DNA of 48,818 bases from a virus. Its lineage: Duplodnaviria > Caudoviricetes. Where the stretch lies: positions 1 to 48,818 of the IMG/VR virus record IMGVR_UViG_3300020403_000019; one strand, given 5' to 3'. Each line of letters begins with the position of its first letter. The stretch's first letter is position 1. The notes under the pieces were generated by a model, which did no database searches, was not told the DNA's origin, and saw nothing but the letters and a program-made list of their open reading frames with translations. The translations under genes and the position numbers were made by a program. Positions 1 to 9,946 of this stretch are shown one piece after another.

Positions 1-2327
1 GGCCCGCCCAATCTACCAAGACCTCTCCTTAATCCTCCCATCATGCCACGGCCTCTAAACCTTAGGCCTCTCATTGCGCCCCTGGCTCCACCGTATCTTC
101 TATCAAATCTTGACTGAATTGCCCTGTTTCTTGCATCAGGAGTAAGATCCGAGATCATACGAGGATCATATCCACCAGTTGCAAAGTTCTCTGCATAGGG
201 ATCTCTGGAGTTAAGAGGTAGAGGACCGATTGGGGCCATGTATTGTGTGCCGGCGTTCATGTAAGTATCAGCCATGCCTCCTAAATAATCCGGCCCCGTT
301 ATGAACCCACCTAGGCCAGATGCCAAGTCACCAATACCGCTAGTAAGTCTTCCTCCCATTCGTCCCAATCTGCTTGTTGCTCCACGGAACCTACCACCTA
401 CTGATCCAATTCTAGAACCAAATCCTCTTCTGAAGTCTCTACGTTGACGTTGTCTTCTTAAATCAGCAGCTCTTTGGTTTCTTTCCTCGGCTCTAGATGC
501 AATAAAATCTCGTCTAGTTGGCGGACCGTAATCTTCGCCAAATTGGGTTCTCCCTCTTACATCTACATTAGACCCTGTTACTCTACCTCCAGGACCTCTA
601 GAACCACCTCTATAACTAGCCCCTCCTGATTTAAAGTACACAGGAACAGCGTCCCGCATTATAATAATAATCTGATTGAACTTACGGATTACTTCACCTT
701 GCCAGCCAGTAAACACACCAGGTCTTGCAAGGTCGGGATTACCAGATTTATAATCTACGTCTATACTTCTTTCTGTTATTCCAAGTAATCGATTTAAAAC
801 ACTATTTCCTCCTCTTCTTGCCGCGCCTATGAGTCCCGTTCCTCTTCTTCTCCCTTGAGTTATATTGCTAATGCCCCCTCTTATTCTTCTTGCTCTAGTC
901 TGAGTTCTATCCCTGAGGTTTCTATTTATGCCTCCAAGAACACCGCCTCTTTGACCTGTTGCAAGATCAAACCCTCTATTTGCAACTGCCAAACCGGCCA
1001 ATCCGCTAAATAAAGCTATGCCACCCGGCCCACTTTGTCCTATGGCCAGGAACGCCTTCTTAGCTATTTCAAATACAAGGGTAATTAGCGGAGGAATCAA
1101 TCCTGCTATCTGAGATACAATGTTTCCGAGTACAGATCCAATAGCCGCAGCATCTAATCCTTGTATATATTCTGATACGGTATTTATTAGACTCTTTATT
1201 CCATCAAAGATGCTGGTAATAAGATCATTAATCGAAGAGGAGTTAAACTCAAAACCTCCAGTAAATATACTCTTAATGCTATCAATGACAGGTACAAAGA
1301 ACTCAAGAATGCCTTTAAATTGATCAGAACCAAAGAAGTCTCTAATCTTTGCTATAAAGCTCGTGAAGACTTCGACTCCGCTTAGGATTACGTTAAGAGG
1401 ATCACCTTCTCCAAATACCTCACCAATAGATTTAAATAATACTGCAAATAGACCCTCTTCTCTATCAAATATAGTACCTAAAAGTTTACCTGTAACCTGG
1501 AGTAAGTTTCTATCTACGAGAGTTCCATCTAAATTCCTTATCTGAGGACCTATTGTTCTTAGAGCACCAAATAAACCTTGCGGAGAAAATAGACCTTGGA
1601 TTTCTCTGAATACTGCTTTAATAGGAGCTACTTCTTTAAGCGCAGTTTGATACTCTTGATCGCTTTGTAGCTCTCTGATTACCTTTAAGTATGCGTCTGT
1701 CCTTGTTGTGGGATCTATGCTCTTTAAAGCATCAGCATACTTTAATAGAGTAGTCTTAAATCTATTAGATGCAGCTCCACCTGAAGAAAGATCTAGATTG
1801 AGTAGATCCTCCACAGACAACTCACCAGACAATCCTCTCTTAATTGCCGCCCCTTCATCTCCTCCAAACAAATCCTTTGATTGCTGGATGAATAAAGCAA
1901 TGTCTCTAGTCGCGTTAGCAAATCCTCTCTTCCGCTGTTCTGTTGTTCCATCAAAGTCTAAGAACGCAGCAATGTTCAAAGAATCCTTAACAACTTCGCC
2001 TGTAATCTTACCCTGAGCCTGTAGATCTAATAGTAATCCTTGGAGGTTCTCTGATACCTCTTTGGATACTTGCCCGTTAAACTTACGTAGTGTGCCTAGT
2101 TGTAGCTGTAAAGATCTCTGTAATTGCCCAGTTGTTTCCGCAGTCTTGAGCCCTTGTTGTCCTACTGCGCTATCAAACTCTTTTGTAATCTGGCGAAACG
2201 CATTCTTTACTACATCGAGCTTTAGCCCTTGGACTAAGAATTTGTTATCTAGCTCTCTAGATAATTTCTTAAATTCTCCAAGGGCCTTAGTAGTATTGGC
2301 CTTAATGTCTAATGCTATATTTGCCAT
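1..2327 (-). CDS. Tape measure protein (N-terminal part; runs off the left edge)
   Basis: ATG at 2327 (MANIALDIKANTTKALGEFKKLSRELDNKFLVQGLK...), just downstream of the 2334 stop. Spot-checked stretches read as helical, Ala/Gly/Arg-rich protein typical of TMPs. Absent from the ORF track, consistent with no stop inside the window. Confidence 0.75.
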   Translation of the reverse strand, partial: MANIALDIKANTTKALGEFKKLSRELDNKFLVQGLKLDVVKNAFRQITKEFDSAVGQQGLKTAETTGQLQRSLQLQLGTLRKFNGQVSKEVSENLQGLLLDLQAQGKITGEVVKDSLNIAAFLDFDGTTEQRKRGFANATRDIALFIQQSKDLFGGDEGAAIKRGLSGELSVEDLLNLDLSSGGAASNRFKTTLLKYADALKSIDPTTRTDAYLKVIRELQSDQEYQTALKEVAPIKAVFREIQGLFSPQGLFGALRTIGPQIRNLDGTLVDRNLLQVTGKLLGTIFDREEGLFAVLFKSIGEVFGEGDPLNVILSGVEVFTSFIAKIRDFFGSDQFKGILEFFVPVIDSIKSIFTGGFEFNSSSINDLITSIFDGIKSLINTVSEYIQGLDAAAIGSVLGNIVSQIAGLIPPLITLVFEIAKKAFLAIGQSGPGGIALFSGLAGLAVANRGFDLATGQRGGVLGGINRNLRDRTQTRARRIRGGISNITQGRRRGTGLIGAARRGGNSVLNRLLGITERSIDVDYKSGNPDLARPGVFTGWQGEVIRKFNQIIIIMRDAVPVYFKSGGASYRGGSRGPGGRVTGSNVDVRGRTQFGEDYGPPTRRDFIASRAEERNQRAADLRRQRQRRDFRRGFGSRIGSVGGRFRGATSRLGRMGGRLTSGIGDLASGLGGFITGPDYLGGMADTYMNAGTQYMAPIGPLPLNSRDPYAENFATGGYDPRMISDLTPDARNRAIQSRFDRRYGGARGAMRGLRFRGRGMMGGLRRGLGRLGG

Positions 2328-2333
2328 GAGTTA

Positions 2334-4457
2334 TTACGTTCCTGGTGGAATGTACGCCGGAGCGTTAGGATCTATTGACTGTGCTCCACCGGCGTTTCCA
2401 CCTCCAATAGCACCACATTTTCCTGCATCAAACTTAGTCTTTAAGGCCTTTCTAAGCTCATTAGAACAAGCTCTAATACCGGAAAATATTTCATCTGATT
2501 TTTCGATTGTGTCTGTATAGGCCTCATATATATCGTTGTTTGAAATAGAGATTAGTTCTCCGTACTGCTGGCCAAAAACTTCTCTTGCGCATTTGGTAAT
2601 GTATACAGAGGGGTCGGCTTTAGTTACAGAATTCAAAAATTCATTATAAGAGGCTATTACATTTTTTGTGTTATCAGATATAAATTTTATTCTGTTCTGA
2701 AAGACTACAATAGAAGTGAGTCGACCAAGCTTTGGGGTTTTATTTTCAGCAGCTACCTCAAAAGTTTTATCTAAGATTTTTACCGCGTTCTGTTGAGCAT
2801 TTCGAAGCTCCCAACAAAGAACAGCGGGTTTATTCTCTCTTTCAGGTGGTTGAGTTTTTTCTTCTTCGTTTCCACTTTTGGCCTCGCTAGGAGTTGTTTT
2901 TGTTGGAGGAGCAATAAGAGGGATAGCAGTAGGATCGAAGGTACTTACCTGACCATCATTAATCGTCCACTCTGGTACTTTAACCAGCGTAAAACTTACC
3001 TCTGCATTAACTAACTCTCCATCATCCCACATCTTCTCTGTGATAGAGACATCCTTCATCACGCATGGACCAAAGCTTCTCTTACCCCATACAAACTCTA
3101 AGACCCTGGGTCCGTGCTTAGCGTCGTTTGTGGGGTTCTCTAGGAATAGCTTAAATAATCCTTGCTGTAGGCTCTCTACTTTTCTGCCAAAAACATATCC
3201 GTTGAGTAAAACCTTACTAAATTTTAACTCTGGGTTTTTATAACTTGTGAAATGCAAAGGTTGGCCTATGTTAGGCTCATCACTTACGCCCCAGGTCTCT
3301 GTGTTTTTAAAATCAGGAGTAGCAGTTAATGTTAACTCGCTAGGATTAAACAAGAACTGCCACATACCGTCTGGGGTCTGCCCACTCGCTTCGTAAGATT
3401 CACTCTTAGATCTCTTAGATTGCAGATCAGGAGCAACAGAAGTTGTCAATCCTCTAGGTACATTAAATCCGAATATGTTTGCGTAATCTAAGATCTGATT
3501 TATTAGCCCGTTTGCGTTACCTACGTACACAGGGCCGGAAGGAACTTTAAGTAGCTTAGATGCTTGGAGAATAGCCGTATCTACAAAGCTTCCGGTTCTA
3601 GGATTTTGTATGAGTTGGTCTGCTAAGAATCTCCCTCCTGCCAATATCCCTTGCTTCCACCCCATCGGAATCTCAGAGGACAGAGAAGTCTGTCTTTTTT
3701 CTGCTTCTGATTGAGAAAGAGTTACTTCTCCATTATTTTCTGTTTTAAATGCATTAGAGAAGTAATTGCTATCAAATGATCCCTTTCTATCGTCACCTTG
3801 GAAGAAATCTAAGTCAGTGTTAAATGCATCATCAAAAGATGAACCTTCCCAAAGAGAGTCTTCTATGTTCCATACAGGTATACTAGATGAATCTATTGCG
3901 TAATTATATGTCCCCTCTGTACTAAATCCAAGGCTAGGACTAAAGTCGTTAATTAATCCAGTGAGAAAGTTAAGGCTAGGAGAACTAGGAGATCCGTTTT
4001 GTAATGCTGATTGAGTATTAGATTCAGCTCTTTGCCAAGGAACAATGTATGCTATAGCGTTTCTAAGAGATCCGTCTCCGTATTGCTCAAATACTATATC
4101 CTCTAGGTTTTGAGATACGTCTAAGTTCCCACCAAAAAGATTTTTGGAGCTGGGGATGGAGTAAGAGTTCCCTACTTTTATATCTTTAATGTAGTAATCG
4201 GGAGGCGGAGCGGGAGTAGAAACGGGCGTAGCTGGTGCTGCTGCAGGAGTAGATCCTGATAGAACATTTCCTAAATTAGAAAGAGCCCCGGTGCTATTAA
4301 ATGCCGCTTGATACTTACCAGTATCATCGTCCATTATGGTTGTTATTCTGTCACGTTCAACGCCTAGCTTATTATTAAGAGCCTCCTGCTGTGCTGCAGA
4401 AAGAGGCTCATCATCTTTAAAGGGATCGTCGTAATAACTAGAAGTTGACCCGGCCAC
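2334..4457 (-). CDS. Tail tube initiator / CIS-tube-domain baseplate protein
   Basis: 707 aa. Central FLFNPSELTL...LHFT...LEFVWGKRSFGPCVMKDVSITEKMWDDG...AEVSFTL matches the contractile-injection-system tube domain pattern. Adjacent to the TMP. Confidence 0.7.
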   Translation of the reverse strand: MAGSTSSYYDDPFKDDEPLSAAQQEALNNKLGVERDRITTIMDDDTGKYQAAFNSTGALSNLGNVLSGSTPAAAPATPVSTPAPPPDYYIKDIKVGNSYSIPSSKNLFGGNLDVSQNLEDIVFEQYGDGSLRNAIAYIVPWQRAESNTQSALQNGSPSSPSLNFLTGLINDFSPSLGFSTEGTYNYAIDSSSIPVWNIEDSLWEGSSFDDAFNTDLDFFQGDDRKGSFDSNYFSNAFKTENNGEVTLSQSEAEKRQTSLSSEIPMGWKQGILAGGRFLADQLIQNPRTGSFVDTAILQASKLLKVPSGPVYVGNANGLINQILDYANIFGFNVPRGLTTSVAPDLQSKRSKSESYEASGQTPDGMWQFLFNPSELTLTATPDFKNTETWGVSDEPNIGQPLHFTSYKNPELKFSKVLLNGYVFGRKVESLQQGLFKLFLENPTNDAKHGPRVLEFVWGKRSFGPCVMKDVSITEKMWDDGELVNAEVSFTLVKVPEWTINDGQVSTFDPTAIPLIAPPTKTTPSEAKSGNEEEKTQPPERENKPAVLCWELRNAQQNAVKILDKTFEVAAENKTPKLGRLTSIVVFQNRIKFISDNTKNVIASYNEFLNSVTKADPSVYITKCAREVFGQQYGELISISNNDIYEAYTDTIEKSDEIFSGIRACSNELRKALKTKFDAGKCGAIGGGNAGGAQSIDPNAPAYIPPGT

Positions 4458-4482
4458 GAAAAACTATATTATCTATCCAATA

Positions 4483-4490
4483 CTTTAAAC
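4483..4490 (-). promoter_or_regulatory. Candidate phage late promoter GTTTAAAG
   Basis: About 25 nt upstream of the 4457 start; overlaps the primase stop codon (GTT TAA); the motif recurs before other genes. Confidence 0.6.
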
Positions 4491-5486
4491 TGGATCGTCC
4501 GAATGGTCAATGCTCCATTTGATTGCGTTCATTACAACTCCTTCTGGCTCCCAGTCCCAGTCTGCAAAATACTGGTTTTTCTTAATAGAGTCAGTCATCC
4601 ATTGGAACACTGCAGATCCTACGAGTTCTGGCATCCTGGCCAATCGCGATGTGTTTCTCCATACACATTCGTACCTAGATCCCTTAGAGCCATCAAAAGT
4701 CTCTACCTCTTTGAGGATACCCAGGACCTTCTTGCGAATGTACGTTTGCTTTGACTTGCTGAGTTTGTGCAGAATGTTCTTCTGAGCAGTAGAATCTCCC
4801 CAGTGCGTGCCTTCGGGCTTTTCTGCTCCCCTCTCAGAAACTTTGTTAATGTACTGATCAGCATTGATCTCCTTAGCAAGTTCTTGTAGTTTTTCAATAG
4901 AGACTTTTGCATCTTTGTTTACTTCGATAATGCTATCTGGCTTAGATCCAAAGTAAAGACGGGCAACGTCAATACATTGCTTATCCCCATCGAAAGCATA
5001 AGCTAGGGCAACAGAGAATCTCTTAGCTTCTTCAAAGTCTGTAACTTTCTCTTCTGTGAATACGATTCCGCGGTGTTTCGGAAACTCTTCTGTACTCGAG
5101 AAACTGTTATGGATAACGGTGAACTTGATGCCCAGTTCTTCAGCTCTCTTTTTAATTTCATCAGTGGATTCTCCATTATCAAAATCAATAGCAAATACTT
5201 GACAAGACTTGAATAGCGTCTCGATCCTACGAGGTCGTTTCCAATGTGGACACTCATTGAAGATGAATGGTGACCATGTTCTCCCTTGAGAGATTGCTCG
5301 AGCTAGAGAAGTAGGAGACACTTTGTCAATGTTAGAACCCAATCGAGCTCCGATAACACTTACCTCATGGCGAGGATTGCCAAACTTATCTACCCAATCT
5401 TTATACTGAAGTTTGATACTTGGTTTGTGATCCCAGTTTTCTTCATCGATTGAAACAAGAATGTTATTCATGATACCCCCTATCAC
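4485..5486 (-). CDS. Archaeo-eukaryotic primase (primase-polymerase)
   Basis: AIDFDNG (DxD), HNSFSS...KHR and DKQCIDVARLYFG motifs; adjacent to the SF3 helicase. Confidence 0.8.
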   Translation of the reverse strand: MIGGIMNNILVSIDEENWDHKPSIKLQYKDWVDKFGNPRHEVSVIGARLGSNIDKVSPTSLARAISQGRTWSPFIFNECPHWKRPRRIETLFKSCQVFAIDFDNGESTDEIKKRAEELGIKFTVIHNSFSSTEEFPKHRGIVFTEEKVTDFEEAKRFSVALAYAFDGDKQCIDVARLYFGSKPDSIIEVNKDAKVSIEKLQELAKEINADQYINKVSERGAEKPEGTHWGDSTAQKNILHKLSKSKQTYIRKKVLGILKEVETFDGSKGSRYECVWRNTSRLARMPELVGSAVFQWMTDSIKKNQYFADWDWEPEGVVMNAIKWSIDHSDDPV

Positions 5487-7360
5487 TGATTGTCACAATT
5501 TGCGGTGAGACCCCCTCCCACATTTTTAGGGTCGTAGTCAGGATCATACAACCACTGGGAGTCACATACTGTCATTGAATTACAAACAAAAGATCGGTCT
5601 TCTTCGGAAATTTGATCAATGAGTCGGTTCGCAAGAGCATAGATCTTTTTAGATTCACCCTTGACTGACTCCCAAGTCCTCACAACATAAGGCATCTTCT
5701 TGCCCATGTTAAATCCATCGCGCAGACGAAGTACATCGAGAACCATCTCAACACTCAGAGCCACATCTTTACTGGCTTTGGATTCTTGCAGGGCAGCCCA
5801 AGCTTTATCTACAGATGTAATAAGTAGCTTACGTTGAGCCCAATACGGATGACGAGACGGACGATTGTTATACTCCCAATCTTGCTTCATCAGCGTACGA
5901 AGTTGATCAGCTCGTTTGTCGATCATCAAGAATCGAGTTGCTTCGTAGGCATCTTCAAAACTGTTCAGAGTTAGTTCAGGGAGCCAAGTTCCTTTGCCCT
6001 TGCGGTTGCGAATTGCAAAAGCCAAAAGCATGAACCGAAGAAAACTCTCAAGAGCAGCTTTGTGCATCTGAACTCTCATGTATGGGAGCAAAGCCTCTGA
6101 GTAAAAGTGAACGTCTTCTCCTTGTTCGCCCTGGCAATGATCCATAAAGAAGTCGGCGCAATCGCGCAACAACTTGATGTACAGCGTCCGAGGATCTACA
6201 TCGAACTCTTTGCACAGAAACCGAATGTGTGAAGCAGGGTGGAGATCATGCCCCTCTTCTTCGGACATTTCTTCAAGTTCGTATAGTCTGTAGGTGGCAA
6301 TAGGAGCCAAGCGAGAGATAGCACCAGAGTCTAGATCGTAAGTGAGTTCAGGTTTCCATTCGTTGCAGTTTGCTAGGATAACAGTATTTGCAACAACTTC
6401 AACGGCGTCTGTCCCTTTATTTTCAACTCTTTCTGTTCCTCCTGTAACGACTGACTTGAAGCTATGAGCCGTGAGCATAGACTTCAGGCCTTCAGTCGTA
6501 AGGTCATCATTGTATGCCAAGTGAGAAGTAATGATCTCTCCCTGATTGAAGCGAGAGCCAAAGTCACCCATGGCGGTGACTTCATAGCCAAGGTATTTCA
6601 TCGCATCGAGAACTCCGTTAAGGGTGATAGTCTTACCGACTCCAGGTTCTCCAATAACAACACCAGCTTTACGAAATCCGTGGTTGATTACTTCCGCAGT
6701 TCCAGGGTGGACAGTTCCGCTCCGGCCAACAACAGCACGGCCAAGAATCAACTTGACCATGTTTGCTTCGTACTTAGGAAAGATCTTTACAATGTCCTCA
6801 AACTTCAGATCTCGGATCTCTTTCTTAAACCAAGACTTCTCTGGAATATAAGAAAAGATAGGGCTGGCGGTTGTGTTCTTACCCAGAGTTGTTTCTGGAT
6901 TGAAGGCGATACCTTGCTCATAGAGTCCTCCGCCCATCTTCTTGTGGTAACGGGCTTTAAGAGTCTGTAAACCAAGAACGTGGTCAACAATATCTGATGC
7001 TCGGCCTTGGCGATAGATAACGAGCGGCAAAGCAAACTCTGCTTCTTCTGCGGTTAGTCCGTCGCCATCTTGCCCAGATGCAATACCAAGAAGGGTTTTC
7101 TGAATACCTTGAAGATAATCCTCATCGGCAGGCATAGCCACAGAGAACCCGTTAGGAAAATCAATTCCTTTAATCGGAGTAGGATCACCCCATGTGTACA
7201 AGCTGTGATAGCTCTGAAGTTTTGCGCTGTAATCGAAACGCAAGATACAACCTTTCTTCTGGAGCCAAGGTGTCAGGCTGTTGTACATCTCCGCAGGAGT
7301 ACTGGGAGTTAGGGTTGCGAAGGCTGAATCGTGTTCTTTCTCCGGCTTTTTTCTTGGCAT
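5483..7360 (-). CDS. SF3 (D5-like) DNA helicase / NTPase
   Basis: Walker A GEPGVGKT, Walker B-like AYNDD, FKSVVTGG...VENKG, ILANCN motif C. Confidence 0.8.
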   Translation of the reverse strand: MPRKKPEKEHDSAFATLTPSTPAEMYNSLTPWLQKKGCILRFDYSAKLQSYHSLYTWGDPTPIKGIDFPNGFSVAMPADEDYLQGIQKTLLGIASGQDGDGLTAEEAEFALPLVIYRQGRASDIVDHVLGLQTLKARYHKKMGGGLYEQGIAFNPETTLGKNTTASPIFSYIPEKSWFKKEIRDLKFEDIVKIFPKYEANMVKLILGRAVVGRSGTVHPGTAEVINHGFRKAGVVIGEPGVGKTITLNGVLDAMKYLGYEVTAMGDFGSRFNQGEIITSHLAYNDDLTTEGLKSMLTAHSFKSVVTGGTERVENKGTDAVEVVANTVILANCNEWKPELTYDLDSGAISRLAPIATYRLYELEEMSEEEGHDLHPASHIRFLCKEFDVDPRTLYIKLLRDCADFFMDHCQGEQGEDVHFYSEALLPYMRVQMHKAALESFLRFMLLAFAIRNRKGKGTWLPELTLNSFEDAYEATRFLMIDKRADQLRTLMKQDWEYNNRPSRHPYWAQRKLLITSVDKAWAALQESKASKDVALSVEMVLDVLRLRDGFNMGKKMPYVVRTWESVKGESKKIYALANRLIDQISEEDRSFVCNSMTVCDSQWLYDPDYDPKNVGGGLTANCDNQ

Positions 7361-7384
7361 AAATCATCTCCACTAGGGAGTTCT

Positions 7385-7414
7385 ATTATAAACCCCTCCA
7401 GACGGTTATGTCAA
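7385..7414 (-). promoter_or_regulatory. sigma70-type promoter for helicase-primase
   Basis: TTGACA-N18-TATAAT on the minus strand, overlapped by a CCCCTC/GAGGGG hairpin that probably terminates the upstream transcript. Confidence 0.75.
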
Positions 7415-7429
7415 GAGGGGAAGGACAGT

Positions 7430-7585
7430 TTATTGACAGACTTTATTGATAAAAACTTTCTTAGCGGGATATTGAGCTTTTACCAAACCTTCTAAGAATC
7501 TTCGATCTGCAGAGTCTGCTGATAGGGCAAAAGTATGTGAACGATTTTGCTCATCCACATACCGCCCGCTAACTTTGTATTTCAT
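7430..7585 (-). CDS. Small hypothetical protein, 51 aa (MKYKVSGRYVDEQNRSHTFALSADSADRRFLEGLVKAQYPAKKVFINKVCQ)
   Basis: Translated by hand; below the ORF-track cutoff; fills the gap after the exonuclease gene. Confidence 0.7.
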   Translation of the reverse strand: MKYKVSGRYVDEQNRSHTFALSADSADRRFLEGLVKAQYPAKKVFINKVCQ

Positions 7586-8825
7586 AGGACGCAAATTGTT
7601 TTAGTTTTTCCTTGATGTCATCGCGTATGCCTTTGTAAGCTTTGATTGCTTGCCTTACCGCTTTCTTACAGAGTTTATCTTCTCCGCAATCCTTGAGATT
7701 TTGTTCTTCATACTTGATTTTTTGCTTCGTATCTTCGTCCCTAACGACGAGTTCTTTGCATTTGTCAAAATCTTCCTTAGGAGCTTCCAAACAGAGCTTT
7801 TTGTTTCTCCCTTTAAGCTCAGGGTTACCCTTTTCTTTGCGGATGCGCTCGGCTTTCTTAAAAAAGAGTTGTTTGTCGTGGTCGCTAGTTTTAGAGAGTT
7901 CAGGGAGGTACATCCCGTGAGATAGGAGGAACTTCTTTGCGGACTCAAGGTGATCTGGCCGGTTTGATCTATTGTTAGACTTAAGTACTTTTGATAGGTA
8001 AGAGGTATCTTTTTCTGAAAAACACCAAGTAGCATCTTCTTCATAGAGATCAAAAAATCGTAATGGTGAACCTGGTAAGAGTCCGTCGCCGATGTCTCCT
8101 ACCTCTACTTTAACAGTGTAGCACTCTCGTGCTTCTTTAATCTTTAGTCCTTCCTTTCGGAGATAATAGTCAACAACCTCTCTATCTCCGCGCATACGGG
8201 GTAACCAAGGTCCTGTATTACACCACAGGATCTCGTCTTTATTTGAGACTAGTCCTTGCCAATCTCCATCAAGAGTACCGAGGAGGACTTGTCGTTTGCC
8301 AAGTTTAGATCGCTTAGAAGCATTACGCTTCATCCTTGCGATCTTTCCAGCAATATCATCAGCTTCGAAGAATTCCTTAGAGAAATAGTGGAAGCTAGAG
8401 TTTTTGCTATCGATATATTCGTAGCCAATATCTTGTACAAGGATAAAGTTATCTTGCTTAGGAGCTCGGCCAGCTTTATACTCTTGCATCTCTAGTTTGT
8501 GTGCTTCGATATGGCGCCAATAGCCTTTGCCATTAACCGAGGCGTCGTCTCCTACAAAACCCTTATAATCATCAGCAATAACTGCTACGTAATCAAAAGG
8601 ATCTAGCATGTCAGGTCCTCGGTTTAACCGATAAGCCCACATGGCTTTGATAATCTTGCGAAGCAATTGCTCATCACCTTGAGCTACCTCTTCTGCGATA
8701 TCGTAAAATCCGTTGATAAAATGCGCAGCTACTTTAAAGTCAATAATGTAAATAGGGAGGAGGGGCGAGGTCTTAACCTCAAACACATCCTCCAGTAACT
8801 CCGACTTGAAGTCGTAATCAATCAA
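7569..8825 (-). CDS. 5'-3' exonuclease / flap endonuclease (T4 RNase H-like)
   Basis: YKAGR, FEADDIAG, DGDWQGL and GDIGDGLLPG motifs of the FEN/5'-nuclease fold. Confidence 0.8.
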   Translation of the reverse strand: MIDYDFKSELLEDVFEVKTSPLLPIYIIDFKVAAHFINGFYDIAEEVAQGDEQLLRKIIKAMWAYRLNRGPDMLDPFDYVAVIADDYKGFVGDDASVNGKGYWRHIEAHKLEMQEYKAGRAPKQDNFILVQDIGYEYIDSKNSSFHYFSKEFFEADDIAGKIARMKRNASKRSKLGKRQVLLGTLDGDWQGLVSNKDEILWCNTGPWLPRMRGDREVVDYYLRKEGLKIKEARECYTVKVEVGDIGDGLLPGSPLRFFDLYEEDATWCFSEKDTSYLSKVLKSNNRSNRPDHLESAKKFLLSHGMYLPELSKTSDHDKQLFFKKAERIRKEKGNPELKGRNKKLCLEAPKEDFDKCKELVVRDEDTKQKIKYEEQNLKDCGEDKLCKKAVRQAIKAYKGIRDDIKEKLKQFASYEIQS

Positions 8826-9658
8826 TTAGCAACCTCCATTCGCGTGCTCTTGTGCGAACTGTAATTGATAAGTTCAAAGTCGGTTTCAGGATCTAGGTCA
8901 AAGATGGTTTTAAGAGCATTCATCTTAATCTCGCATTTACCCATCGGGAAGTTCTTGATAATCTCAGAGATAGCTTCTTCGTTCTGAGAATAGATATGGT
9001 TATTAGCAGAAGCAAACATAACAAACCTAGGAGTCAGGTAAGAGTCTTCTGCCATCTTGGTGCAGAGCAATCCATATCGGAACATATCTAACGGGACTCC
9101 TGTTGCCATGTCGTTAGATCTTGCGTTTACGAGAATATCAAGAAACTGGCCATCACTAGAAAAAGTGATGTTAGGGTGGCAAGGAGGACAATGCAGAGAC
9201 TGATAAGCAGGATTAAAAGTCTGCAGAACAAGCTGTCGATTAGTTGGGTTAATCTTAAGCTGATCCCAAATCCACTTGAGTTGATCGAACGGTTCTGGAC
9301 GAAAGTTCTCCCATTCCATATGTTGCTCAGGGCAAACTTGTGGCCAGGCTCTCCAGCTCCGTCCATAAGCGCCGGCAAGACGTCCCTCTGCATCGGCAAG
9401 GAAGTCCCAGAAATGTTTTGCAGGTCCGAGGTTACTAACTTCATAGTTTCCATTGACATCCCACATGAACTCCCTGAAGAGGTTTTTGACAGGCATCTTG
9501 CGTAGAGTTAGAGCCGGGAAGCCATCTCGTAGATCGACTTTGATTGTTTGTCCGAATACTTGCTTATAGCGAAGATTATTACGACCTACGACCTCGATCC
9601 CATCTTCCAAGATCTCTTTCGCGATCCTGATATATTGTTGGTCAAAAGAAAGGGCCAT
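8822..9658 (-). CDS. Thymidylate-synthase-fold enzyme, probably a dCMP methylase or hydroxymethylase
   Basis: ThyA motifs (GFP, YG..WR.W, DQL, PPCH, RS.D, HIY), but Asp191 sits at the position equivalent to E. coli Asn177. Confidence 0.85.
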   Translation of the reverse strand: MALSFDQQYIRIAKEILEDGIEVVGRNNLRYKQVFGQTIKVDLRDGFPALTLRKMPVKNLFREFMWDVNGNYEVSNLGPAKHFWDFLADAEGRLAGAYGRSWRAWPQVCPEQHMEWENFRPEPFDQLKWIWDQLKINPTNRQLVLQTFNPAYQSLHCPPCHPNITFSSDGQFLDILVNARSNDMATGVPLDMFRYGLLCTKMAEDSYLTPRFVMFASANNHIYSQNEEAISEIIKNFPMGKCEIKMNALKTIFDLDPETDFELINYSSHKSTRMEVAN

Positions 9659-9681
9659 AGATGTTTTGTAACTACAGCCCT

Positions 9682-9710
9682 ATCATATCATATTTGGTTG
9701 GTTATGTCAA
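9682..9710 (-). promoter_or_regulatory. sigma70-type promoter for the thyA-like operon
   Basis: TTGACA-N17-TATGAT with extended TG; shares TCTTGACATAACC with the 7385-7414 promoter. Confidence 0.75.
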
Positions 9711-9946
9711 GATCCGAAGAACTTCTCAACCAGCGTTTTCTGTAGCTTAACGAACTTGCGTAAAGGATAGTCGAACTCTAGTGCCCATTGAAGGAGAGGC
9801 TTGGATTTAAGATCTACGAGTTCGATAGAGTCATCTTCGGAAATGTTAGATGACTTAGAGACGTAAAACTTTTCGCCGTCTCTTGCGACTACCAACCACT
9901 CGACATCTCTATCAAAGCGGATGGGCTTCTGTAGTTTTTCAATCAT
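9707..9946 (-). CDS. Hypothetical protein (MIEKLQKPIRFDRDVEW...)
   Basis: ORF track 9707-9982; the internal ATG at 9946, overlapping the upstream stop, is the more likely start. Confidence 0.6.
   Translation of the reverse strand: MIEKLQKPIRFDRDVEWLVVARDGEKFYVSKSSNISEDDSIELVDLKSKPLLQWALEFDYPLRKFVKLQKTLVEKFFGS

Noticed and set aside
1120-2520. Several plus-strand ORFs at the left end
   Set aside because: Antisense to the tape-measure and tube-initiator genes.
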